A stretch of DNA of 64,000 nucleotides from the NCBI GenBank assembly GCA_002633005.1, contig NMRA01000683.1:1-64000 (forward strand), written 5' to 3'. Source of the DNA: Phoronis australis (taxonomy: Eukaryota; Animalia; Phoronida). The notes under the pieces are model-generated. The model worked only from the letters and a program-made list of their open reading frames with translations. It was not told the DNA's origin and did no database searches. The first letter of the stretch is position 1. Every line of letters starts with the position of its first letter. The translations under genes and the position numbers were made by a program. Below are positions 52,521-64,000 of this stretch, piece after piece.

Positions 52521-54231
52521 CTCAGTGCTTGATCTAGGAGACCACTGATGAGAGTGGCTGAGAAGCGGGCAAAGCGCGATTGTATGTACGCAGGCGGCCT
52601 GAAAGTTGCGGCGCCGAGGATGTATACATTCGACTCAGGACATCTGTCGTTGGACTCAAAAAAAACAAGTAAAAACGGAACGTGTTTTCTCCCCTCGTCC
52701 GCTACCGCGGTCCTAGCTCGAACTCAGTATTTTCTGTTTTGTAGCACACGCTGTCCATTATGGGAAGCCCAGCAAAACATTGAACCATAAATGAGATTAG
52801 TTTTAAATAGTTTAGGACCATGATGTATTAGCACTTTTTTAAAGCAAGTATTGTGTATATTGCAGTGTGTCCTCGTTAAATAAATTCAAAAATATAAATG
52901 ATGGTAATAATAATAATGATAACGATACCGATAACGAGTAATAGTAGTGAAGTAGTAATAGAAGTAACACAGTAATAGTACTAATGGCACAAACACCACT
53001 CATAGTAGTAATCGTAATGTAATAGTAATAAAATTTATAATGGGTAGCCAGATTCATGACATGTCATCCCGCATGGCATTCCTCTAGAAGATGTATACGA
53101 AAAGTGTAGCGTAATAGGGTGTTTTTTCCACAGCAAAAATCGTTTTCAAAATGGTTCCATTGTCGACAAAAAACTATCTAAAAGGGTGCCTTTTTTGAAT
53201 TTCTGGAACAGAACTGTGCTAAAATGGGAATGTTTACACAAAACAAATCAAAGCCAACTCTATAAACCGGTAGGTATCTGCGTTTTTCTTGATTTTGATC
53301 ATTCTCTTTCTACTATGACGTTGGTTTCTTAAAATATAACGATGGTACATTTCTCCAGGCCCGTAGCCAGTGGGGGTTCGAGAGCCGGGTTCGAACGAAC
53401 AACCCCCCGCGGAAAAGGTCCAGCCCCAGCCTATCCGTTAAAGATATGATACAGATGGACAACAACAAAATTGATGCACCTACTGGTACTACTAAATACA
53501 ATTGTTAACTAAGTTAGTAATCATTTTGAATTTGCTTCTGATTCAAAGCGCTTCACGTTATCATCGAGCCGTGCGCTACCCGGCCCACTTCGCCCGAGTG
53601 GTATTTGCGTAGATGATATGATCGTGCAGACGGTTAGAGGAGGCTTTATGTTACTCATCGGCAATGAACACGCGTGGTGGTTACACCGTAGGGAAACAAG
53701 GGAGTCTAGAAGTAAATGTCTATACCTAGGTAAGCTATATAGCAGCGAAATAGCTCCCAAAAAGTTACATTGCGTTGTGAATGACTAAGATCGACCATGA
53801 AGTAAAACAGCAGAAAATAGCTTTGTTATCTGATATAGCTTGCTAGCATAGTACGCTGGGCAGGCGTTTCCAAGATTGGAATTGAAAGTGTTCATAAAAT
53901 ACAGGTATGTTCTTCGTCATATAGTGTCCAATTCGAGAGAGAGCAGATTGCTGGATTGACAGGCATTCGTGTACGTGCGTTTCCGTCCTTTTAAATTCAG
54001 TAGAAGCCGACGGTAAGTCATAGACAGCCCTCCGTCGTTGCTCAAAAACCTGAACTATAACCGTGTTTGCTTGCTATTAGAAAACACCGAAGAACTCGTT
54101 CACATTTTTGGGGGAAAGTAGGTCTAAACCCAACAAAAACTCTGGTCAATGGAGACTTCTCTTGTCACTAGTGTCAATGGTGCACAGCCTCACACACTTC
54201 ATGCGAGCAACCTGATGGAAAAGATTTGAAG

Positions 54232-54465
54232 CAGTGGCGGGGCTGTAGAGGGGTGTTAAGGGGGTTCAAACGGTCCCCTCGGGACAGGAACAAAAATAAA
54301 AATTAAAAAATGTCACCAGGAAAACAAATCAGCTATTAAAAACCAAACAAAATCTTACACAAGAGGGGGAGCCCCCTCCCGACCTTCCCTACGCTCGGCG
54401 CTGCGCGCCTCGGATTCGGGCGAATCCTACCCCCACCCCTTACTGAAAACGTAGATCTGACACTA
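54232..54465. mobile_element. MITE derivative of the 22643-25518 hAT element
   Basis: The two halves are reverse complements of about 25430-25518 and 22643-22790. Confidence 0.7.
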
Positions 54466-55315
54466 CCAAGGTTAGATGCCACAATTCCGAATGTGCGCTA
54501 CTCCGAAGGTCCACTACTCCGAAGGTTTGCCACCTTCGAAAGTTCACTATTTCGAATGTCCACAATTCCAGAACCAGAACTTCAACATTTATTTTTTTAC
54601 TCGTGTCTCTCTTAACAGTAGTCCAAGCCTCAAACCACTGAGCCAAACAGTTCATTACTCTGATTGTCTGCTAATGAGTCGTAGCAAACGTGAATAAATT
54701 ACGGTATTTGTGTCCATCTAGTAACTATTTAAAAGGGTGTGCAAAAAGTTGACTAGTTCTTAATACATTGATTTCATTGTTGAGATCGGTTCCAATCACT
54801 GCCGATCGTGATAATTGAATCAAATTAACGACTCATTCTCAATTAGGGGCTCTGTGGCGTGGGTACGGACTGCGGCGACAAACGGTTTTAAATTTAAGGG
54901 ACTCACTGACTCTGTGAAGACTGGCAGAGACTGGGTAGCCTGCTAACTACATTTGATTTCCACCCGCCTGTGCGTCGTTCCGGTGGCTGAGGTGCAAGCC
55001 CAGCGGCCCTAAACTTTTCAGTCGCGCTGTGAAATGATGCGATCTTGACATGGATTCGATGAATGTATCGTGGTTGATAAGTCATCAATATTCCCACTCC
55101 AAATTGTTTAAAATGCAATAACGTTAACACGGAAAAATATAACTAGATAAACAATTTCGTTAAGTTAATCTCCGACAAAATACTTCTGACCGAGAAGGTG
55201 TAATCACTCATTTAAGCACACCTGATTTGAAAATTTGGCAAGAAGTAACGAATAGAACGTTTTGGACCACATTACATCCGAAATGAGTCCCATTATTGCG
55301 AGCAACAGTCACGGC

Positions 55316-55947
55316 CTCGCTGGTTCCCTGCGTAACGCGGGGGGGTAGCCAGCAAGCCTGGTGTGATCACTTAATTCTCCTCGGGATTTTGTTTACACCG
55401 GCGTTTCTGATTGACTGGTCGATTTCTCAACAAGCATCACTTTACCCAACCAAACTGACATGGCTGATGGAGGAAGTGTGGTCTGTTGTACTGACAAATC
55501 GGGTGCTTAAGATTCATGTTCAAGAAATGTGAATCCCAGAAAATCATGTGGTTGCGTCTTTCGGATTGCATCTTCCTGATGTCGCTGGCTTTTGTTTATG
55601 TTAGACCTGGTGTCCTGTACAGTATTTATACATGTACATGTACAGTATGAATAACACACTAGTTAAATCGACCAGATGACGGCGTGTTTATTGTTCATGT
55701 ATATACTAGCTTCTGTGAGCACGCGACTATTAAAACTTAGGCCTACTGCAGAAACAAAATAGTTGCTGCTACGCCACTTGCATGGACAAGGCTAAAAATT
55801 GTCCATAGTCCGCCATTTTCTCACTTTGTTGTAAAGCTAACCAGTGACTGTGGAGGTTACATCAACCAGTGATAATGCGCGTGCTACTGCCTGCTACATG
55901 TACCTGCGTTCTGGCTACCACCTAGCGGCACGCGGGGAACCGGCGAG
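55316..55947. mobile_element. MULE-like insertion with an about 10-bp TSD
   Basis: TIR ctcgctggttccctgcgt / acgcggggaaccggcgag. Flanks cagtcacggc / ccgtcgcggc. The empty site is present in the paralog at about 2090. Confidence 0.7.
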
Positions 55948-58900
55948 CCGTCGCGGCATCCTCATCTCTGGTATTACTAATTTCGTCTCATCTCAAAAAC
56001 ATAGAACTGAGATTCATCGTTGTGTATACAAATTTCCCTTCCCTCTGATTAAGCTGCGTCAACTGACGGCCTTAATGAAAACAGTGTCGTTTGCAAAGTA
56101 TCAAAGGTACACCGTTTAAGAAATTCGAACCACCTCCTGCGCAATGGTGGCTACGGGCCTGTTCTCGCATGTGGATTCGAGCTAAAATGTAACAACTACG
56201 TAAAAGGTAACAACTTGGTACATTTTAGGAGAGACTTAACCCCGTAACATGTAACAATGACGTGAAATGTAACAGTTGTTATAATATTTTATGAAATTGT
56301 TACATTTTAAGGCATATCAGAGTCTTATTACACAACTTTTATTATTATTATATGGATAGTAATTGCTTTAAATTGGGCAAATCTTTGGCAAAAAACGGGG
56401 AATATTAGCAGTTTTCGATACAATCACAAAAGGTACTGATTTGGCTGATTTATGATAAACCTCTGACCAAAGCTACATTGTAATATCTTTAAGAAATATA
56501 TCTCGTTCCCTGACAACATTGCCAGCACAAACGCGATTTTCGGCAGCAAAACCGATAATGTCCTTTTAAAGGTAATTACATTTCGAAACAAAATTTGGAA
56601 AATTCACATATGTGGAAGTACCGAAGATTTGTTTACAGAAAAGGTGATGAGAATATAAACGTCCATTCGACGGTACTGGACTGCAATCTGCAGCTATTGT
56701 TAGCACACACATAGCGCGATCCTGTGATCGTTATCGACTTCAAAATTCAGTGTGGTTTAATATGCTGTCGATTTTTGCTTGATAAATAAATTGAAAAATC
56801 GTGATCTCGGTAACGACGGTATGCAATTATAGGTGCCTGAATTGAAGCACCACTTTGCAGTTTACGGAGGACTATTTTAATAATGTTAAAAGATAAACGG
56901 TTGCACAACTTACAGCTACAACATTAGGGCGTGCACGTCGACACTTACTGAAATGGTAAGTTAAAGCCGGTAAAGTGAAGACGACAAACGACGGCAAAAA
57001 TGTGAGACAGACAAGAGCTATTCGTTGCTTGTGTGTGTAGAACTGAATCCGTTTGCTTCCGGAACACTTCGGGAATTTTCGTAGCCTTGCAATTACTCTT
57101 TGTTTTTCCCTTACTTTTTGAGCCAAATACCACAAGTCGCAGACCGTAGTTTAGACTTTACTCATAAAAGAAGAATTTGCGACGAGAATGTCCCTGTCCT
57201 GTCACTAGTGCTCTTTACCACGCGTAGCATTTGGAATACCTCGGATATCTTCATATTCTCAAATTTCCCCTCGTAGGTGTAAGTTATCCGCGCATGTGCG
57301 AACTTCAGTCAAACTGTAAGTCGTGTTATTTTCAAACTAGAGAATAGTTGACTGGATAACGCAAGTTCGCCCATAGGCAGAAGACGTGCTCAACGCTTAG
57401 CCTTAACGCCAACTTATTAAATAGAACTTAGCGCAAATCCCAGGTCACCAAATGAAAACTAAAGTTAAGGCCTTTCCCTAGTTTGACTCGAGGCCCGTTC
57501 GCGCAATTAAAACCTTTTAGTGATAATCAAGTTAATTGCGCACTGCAAATTCAGTTAACATCGCGAGTGGATGTTGAAACAAGTGAACATAGTTAAGGCA
57601 CATATAGGTTGTATTGACCAAAAACAAGTTTGCACCGAATAAGTAAGCGATAACCGTCAGATTTCGAAGTCTCGCTATTTTTTCTGCTTTTTCTAGGTTT
57701 CGGCTAATCGGGTTAATTTGAAATTAGGAACACGAGTTCTCAAAAACGGCTCAATGAATTTCACTGAAACTTTCCAATTTTGATATTTATTCATCAATCT
57801 CAACAACGCTATTAGGATTTTCATTTTATATTCCCAGTTTTTGTGTATCGTAACATAGACGAATATGACTCTGCTATTTTACAACAAAATACCGTACGTT
57901 TTTACGAGTTAACTTGGCAGGGAAACAAAACTAAACGAGTAAACTAGAAATCCTAGCAACGTTTCCGAGGTACAAACTGCGTAGGTTTATTCTAAAAAGG
58001 GTTTCATTTGATATCGACCAAGGGGTCATTTTGCCATGAATGTACCTTTAAAAAAGGGTTAACGTAATAACTAAATGTGGCACAAAAATATAAATATAAA
58101 GTATATTCTTTATGATCTACGATCTTTCTTCGCTCATAGTTGGCCTAGTCTGTTTTCTCACAGCCGAAATCTAATGAGTGCAACGAAGTAATGGTGGTTA
58201 GCTCTCTTTTAAAAGCTACTAGCAGAAATATTACACAAGACTGCAAACGCGCCTGCGTAAAAGCAAAGTATTCAGTTGGCAATTTTACTGTTCGTATCCG
58301 TGACTGTAAATGTCTCTTGTGTGCCGCCTTGTCAGTGTTGTCGTGAGTGTGTCCAAGGGATGTGATTATCATCATGATCAACAATACACAATATTGATTG
58401 TTGCTGCTACAGTAGTTAAAATGTTATAAAAATTATGTTATACGTCGTGTTGACATTTGTGAGCTGGCGTCAACCCAGTTAAGGGGGTATCAAGAACAAA
58501 CTCCGCTGTTTTTTTGTGATTTTATCATAAATTCCCAGTTTTCGTCTATGTCTATCAGATTCGCTGACATCAGGCCGGACTTTTGACTCTGCTTTTTAAA
58601 AGCGCATGGGATTCGGGTCTGCGGCATAGCTTTTGACTGCTACTGCAGACGAAGTTGGCTTAAGAGCGCTTACTGCTCATGGCTGTATAGTTAATTTTCT
58701 TAATTTGACTATGTATTTGAAAACATTACCTCATTTGATACCTGTTATGCAGACGTAAGCATTGGAAACACGCAACATACCCGTTTGTCGAAGTGTTGCA
58801 CAAACAGTACAGGGAGTTTTAAGATTAGTGTTACATATACATCTGAAAGCAATACAAGAACTTATTCATTTCAAACTTAGCTTAGCTTGATAAGAACGCA

Positions 58901-61172
58901 AACAACAAGATGGTGCAACCTATCACAGATCTCATCTCAAACCGTTTCATGCTGTTCATAAAAGTAGCACTACTACACAAGAATACGTGCCCTCCTTCCA
59001 TGCCAAGTATTTCATAATAGAGAGCAGCACTCAAGATAATTATTTGCAAACACGGCGATAGAATTGCTTGGACACTGCACTAATCACGTAACTAAGATGA
59101 ACTTCGGGCCCTTGAATTACTGGATGAGGTTTAATAGACCTAATTAAAACCAAAGTCAACGCATTATTGCCCTGAAGAGGTCTAGTGACTGTTAGCTGTG
59201 AAGTGATTAGGGACGTTAGACCTCTTCGGAGATTCCTGGTGACAATTTTCGGACGACGAAGCTGCCGCTCACTTGCCGGGCGGTAAAATGTTGTCCCGAT
59301 TCCGAAGTAGGCAATAGTATATTTTTCTCTTTTGCATGCCTTATATATAAAATCGGAAAAAAATGTTTTATAGCAGACAGTATACTCACCAAAAAGATGT
59401 CGGTTTGAACGGGATAAACTATTTCCCCATCTTTTCACGCCTCACTGAAAAAGTTATATTTATACACGGCTCACTGATTGTTTTGAAACGTCTTCAAATC
59501 ACAGATCACTTGATTTAAAACACGTAGCAACTTGGGTGGTGCTCAAGCCATATACAGTCAGACTCAGGAGCCATCACAACCGTCGGGAACAAAGTTGGAG
59601 CTAATTCGAGATTTAAAGCCAGCAGATTCGTTCATACATTATAAAGACTCATTTATGCTCCCGAGATTGTACTTCGTGCTTTCTGGTATAAGTGTGACAT
59701 CGCATGGACGAAACGTGGAAAATGGTGTTTAGTCTTCTGCCGCGTCCGATCGAAACGCAACTTAGAAGTTTCCATTAGTCTCGCTATTGCGAGTAAAAGG
59801 TCATCAAATGCTAGCTGATCTACGTGTTGTGATTAAACAGTAACAGAAGAAGTCAGTCAAAAGATGGAAACAATTCCATGTTAACGTCTCTACATTCCAG
59901 CAAGCTCCAGTCCTGACCGGAGACACCAACTGTAACAAGTGCATGCGCTGCACGCACTAAAAATGTCCCCACACACAAATACAAAACCTCATTCCTGGGG
60001 ATCAGATTCCATGGCCGCACCCAGACTGAACGTTGGAGCCACATGGAAGCCGGTCCGCGGGACTAAAGTTTGATCTTCGGGCGAGGGACATTTCTCGGTG
60101 GAGAAATTAGGGCTGATGGTCATCTAAGGATTTGTAAAGCGGGTTCGGTGTTTCTTGGCTTGGGACTGGATTTTATTAGATCGTGGCTGAAAATCAGAGG
60201 CCAGGTCACAAAACTGATTCCACGCGAACTTTCAAAATTTATAACTGGAATTGTCACTGTGATCAGTGAACTTGTCGGTCTGAGTTTTACTGATGCTAGT
60301 GAAGCAAGTATGACCACGTGCTTCTCTTGCAAAGCATTTGTCTCTCATCCAGCCTCTACGCAGAAGAGAGTGGATGTGAGACAAGTAAAGCTTGGTGTTA
60401 TCTCAGTCGCGACGTCTTGCGGGACTTATGGTTTTCCACGAGTGTATTGCGTGTGTGGAACGGATACACCTGTACCTATACCCAGGGTCTGGGTTCCGAG
60501 CTCAGACTCGCCTCGCACTCGGAGTCGCAATTTTGCAACTTTTTAACGACAAATTACTTGTGAAGGAAACGTGAACAGAACAAATGATGATTATGTTCTA
60601 AGCCATGCATGTTTTGAAACAATTCTGTAGTAACACCTTCCAAATTTCTGTGAAATCCGCCCTTAGCGAAAACCGCAAGCAATATCAACGCACGTTAATA
60701 CCACTTGTTTTTGACAGGTTTTGTGGCACTGTATGAGTAAAATAAAGAGTACCGTGTAAGTGAGCAAAGATATCTACTGCGTCGTAACTTACGTTTACTC
60801 ACATCGTCCATGTGAAATCAGCGCAATAGAGTAGTTCATCGCCCACAGTTTGGTCGCTGTCACGCATCAGTATCGTGGGGATTTCCGTTTTAGCGAGAGA
60901 GGTATCTCATAGCAGAACCAAAGATTAGAAAGCCCTAAGCTAGATCAAATTAAGTAGTTCATCACTGTGATAACACGCTGGTGGGGCTGACTAATTGGCC
61001 ACTGCAACAGTATCTAACTTTTGGTAGTTCAGTGACCAGTCGTGACAAAGAAAATTCTCGGATAACTTACAGTTGCTTACAATTCTATCCATATCATTTG
61101 ATTGTAAGATTTTTCAGTGCAACGGAGCGTCCTGGTAAACTATGTTTCGTCTCGGATGTGCCTAAATTCTCG

Positions 61173-64000
61173 TCTGATCACCACTTTGTTACGTTTCGGT
61201 CAATGTAATGTCTATGCATAAGTATGGACAATGTATTTTCTTATTGGCATAAACGGAGGAATGATTATTGATCTGCCATCGGTTACCATCCACGCGCATG
61301 GATACAATTTCCTCCTTGCTATTACAGCTTTGCAGATTATTTGCGCAGATTATTTTGCGCAAACTTGACTGATGATAAAGAGGTAGCACCACTCTCATTG
61401 GTTAATGTCTGACTGGTAGTTTTTTTAAGTACTAGCTAATGAAAAGTAAGGTCACATACGAAAATATAGGCGAAAAGGCAGCAAACTGGAATGTTGGAAA
61501 AGTCGAAACTATTGGCTTGTATTGGTAATGCCTGAAGTTCGAGTCTCTATGTATTAAACATTGATTAGGAGTACAACTGATATGGTATCGTGTAGTGCAA
61601 ATTATACATGTACAAGACGTGTTCAATGAATAACATTGCGTGCAGTAGGCCTAGCCGCATGGCAAGATTCGGTCGTTATTTTAGAAGGCGAGTTAAATCA
61701 CAGGTTTGGTTGAAACTTTCCACGTTTGAATGGGTAACGAAGTTTATATTTTTTACACTGTGCAATCCGCGAGAAAAATCACCCCTGGTCGTGCATAGAC
61801 TAGCGCTTTTTACATTTAATTTCTACAATGCAGATAAACACAAAGTGTGGCTTTACTGTCCGTAAATCGAATTAATAATGTTACGTCTGGGGGAGAATGA
61901 CAGATGACACTTCAATCCAAAACCCATCAGGACGTCAGTTTAGTGCTATAATGTGAAAAATATTACACACAGCTTTGAACTACAGTCTTACATTATGCTA
62001 AGTGCATCAACGATACCGTATCGTACTCTGGCTGGCAAATATGAGTACAAAGGCTATATTGTACACTGTATGGGCCAACTATCGACAAATCTTGGAAAAC
62101 TGGGTAGCCGAAATTTGCGTTGTGTCGGTGTTGTCAGTCTACGCATGCTTTTGCCATGCAAAAAGATCTAAGAAACATATTTTCTTGGCGCATTTTCTGA
62201 TAAAAATGTACTACGAACACGATATCGAAAACAAATTTCGAAAAGTAATGTTTGGAAGGTGCTGAAAATAGGGCAAAAGTGACAATAGCATGGGTGATTG
62301 TTAACTTTGATATTCTTGTGGGACAATTTTAATCTACTGCAATATCCAAATGCTCAGTTCATCAATCTATTAGTGTCATCTGCTCGTCTTATTTAAAACC
62401 AATTATGTAAACATCGTATTTAGCCACCTACAATGACGGTTTTCTGAACCTTTCACTCGCCTCAAGAGAAAGTCATGTGCCTCTGCTGTTTGCACTTTTT
62501 TGTCTTTAACAATAACAGATATTTCAGACGTGCAACTGTCAGAATATAGTCTGACAGTATTGTTAGTTGTATTGTTTTGTTTTGTTAATCTGTTTGATTG
62601 GCATGACCCCTGAGTTAAGTACAGTGATGATGTAATTTGTTTACTACAAAATAGTGTGGAACTTTCTAGAAGACTGAGGTCAGAACAGTGATGATGTAAT
62701 TTGTTTACTACAAAATAGTGTGGAACGTTCTAGAAGACTCTAGCATGACAGTGATTAATGCAGTCTGGAATATTCTAGAGACTACTAGTTCATGTTTGTA
62801 GAATGATTGGGTAGGTTCCAGAAAGTTCTGGTATGTGCTTGAACTGATGAAAAGTTCTAGAACAATGCATTAGGCTATAAATACACAAGCACTGGTTTGT
62901 GTTAGNTCTGATCACCACTTTGTTACGTTTCGGTCAATGTAATGTCTATGCATAAGTATGGACAATGTATTTTCTTATTGGCATAAACGGAGGAATGATT
63001 ATTGATCTGCCATCGGTTACCATCCACGCGCATGGATACAATTTCCTCCTTGCTATTACAGCTTTGCAGATTATTTGCGCAGATTATTTTGTGCAAACTT
63101 GACTGATGATAAAGAGGTAGCACCACTCTCATTGGTTAATGTCTGATAGTTTTTTTAAGTACTAGCTAATGAAAAGTAAGGTCACATACGGAAATATAGG
63201 CGAAAAGGCAGCAAACTGGAATGTTGGAAAAGTCGAAACTATTGGCTTGTATTGGTAATGCCAGAAGTTCGAGTCTCTATGTATTAAACATTGATTAGGA
63301 GTACAACTGTTATGGTATCGTGTAGTGCAAATTATACAAGACGTGTTCAATGAATGACACTGCGTGCAGTAGGCCTAGCCGTATGGCAAGATTCGGTCGT
63401 TATTTTAGAAGGCGTGTTAAATCACAGGTTTGGTTGAAACTTTCCACGTTTGAATGGGTAACGAAGTTTATATTTTTTACACTGTGCAAGCCGTGAGAAA
63501 AATCACCCCTGGTCGTGCATAGACTAGCGGTTTTTACATTTAATTTCTACAATGCAGATGAACACTAAGTGTGGCTTTACTGTCCGTAAATCGAATTAAT
63601 AATGTTAAGTCTGGGGGAGAATGACAGATGACACTTCAATCCAAAACCCATCAGGAAGTCAGTTTAGTGCAATAATGTGAAAAAATATTACACACAGCTT
63701 TGAACTACAGTCTTACATTATGCAAAGTGCATCAACGATACCGTATCGTACTCTGGCTGGCGAATATGAGTACAAAGGCTATATTGTACACTGTATGGGC
63801 CAACTATCGACAAATCTTGGAAAACTGGGTAGCCGAAATTTGCGTTGTGTCGGTGTTGTCAGTCTACGCATGCTTTTGCCATGCAAAAAGATCTAGGAAA
63901 CATATTTTCTTGGCGCATTTTCTGATAAAAATGTACTACGAACACGATATCGAAAACAAATTTCGAAAAGTAATGTTTGGAAGGTGCTGAAAATAGGGCA
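61173..64000. repeat. At least 1.1-kb duplicate restarting after a single N (62906), probably an allelic overlap
   Basis: 61173-62275 vs 62907-64000. Confidence 0.85.
62561..62905 (+). promoter_or_regulatory. LTR U3-like segment with clustered heat-shock elements, CCAAT and TATA box; truncated by a contig end
   Basis: TG start. GAAnnTTCnnGAA at 62659-71 and 62723-35; GAAnnTTCnnGAG at 62768-80; TTCnnGAAnnTTC at 62816-28; TTCnnGAA at 62855-62; attgg at about 62597 and 62806; TATAAATA at 62876-83; 55-bp duplication with 64-bp period. Confidence 0.7.

Larger units (their letters stand above)
53356..56161. mobile_element. 2.8-kb non-autonomous hAT-type element with a 5-bp TSD
   Basis: TIR caggcccgtagcca / tggctacgggcctg. 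TSD ttctc (53351-55, 56162-66). Empty-site paralogs carry a single gagaa. Confidence 0.8.

Noticed and set aside
52545-52580. Additional CTGATGA hammerhead cores (also at about 35684 and 62844)
   Set aside because: No stem II followed by GAAA and a cleavage triplet could be folded.

Overview
AT-rich animal genomic scaffold (an invertebrate is likely, but the species cannot be determined from sequence alone) with two N gaps and four single-N contig joins. Only one intact protein-coding ORF is present: a 650-aa DUF229 / alkaline-phosphatase-superfamily type II membrane protein (13524-15476, +) whose CDS is uninterrupted. Nearly everything else is decayed, often nested transposable-element sequence. 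This includes a BEL/Pao LTR retrotransposon (-, about 17.6-28.2 kb) that can be read through several nested DNA-transposon insertions, hAT-type elements with 5-bp target duplications, and MULE-, Harbinger/ISL2EU- and Academ-like elements. It also includes Helentron-associated HINE/DINE-1-like elements, piggyBac and LINE relics, and two Penelope-like fragments, one with an intact minimal hammerhead ribozyme. The most notable observations are an LTR-like segment with clustered heat-shock elements and a TATA box, polymorphic TA->TACATGTA / TACTGTA indels that look like Tc1/mariner excision footprints, a CTCF-motif array at about 148-bp spacing upstream of the gene, and a possible decayed homeobox. 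All calls were made by eye without database searches. I found no convincing new multi-gene system.
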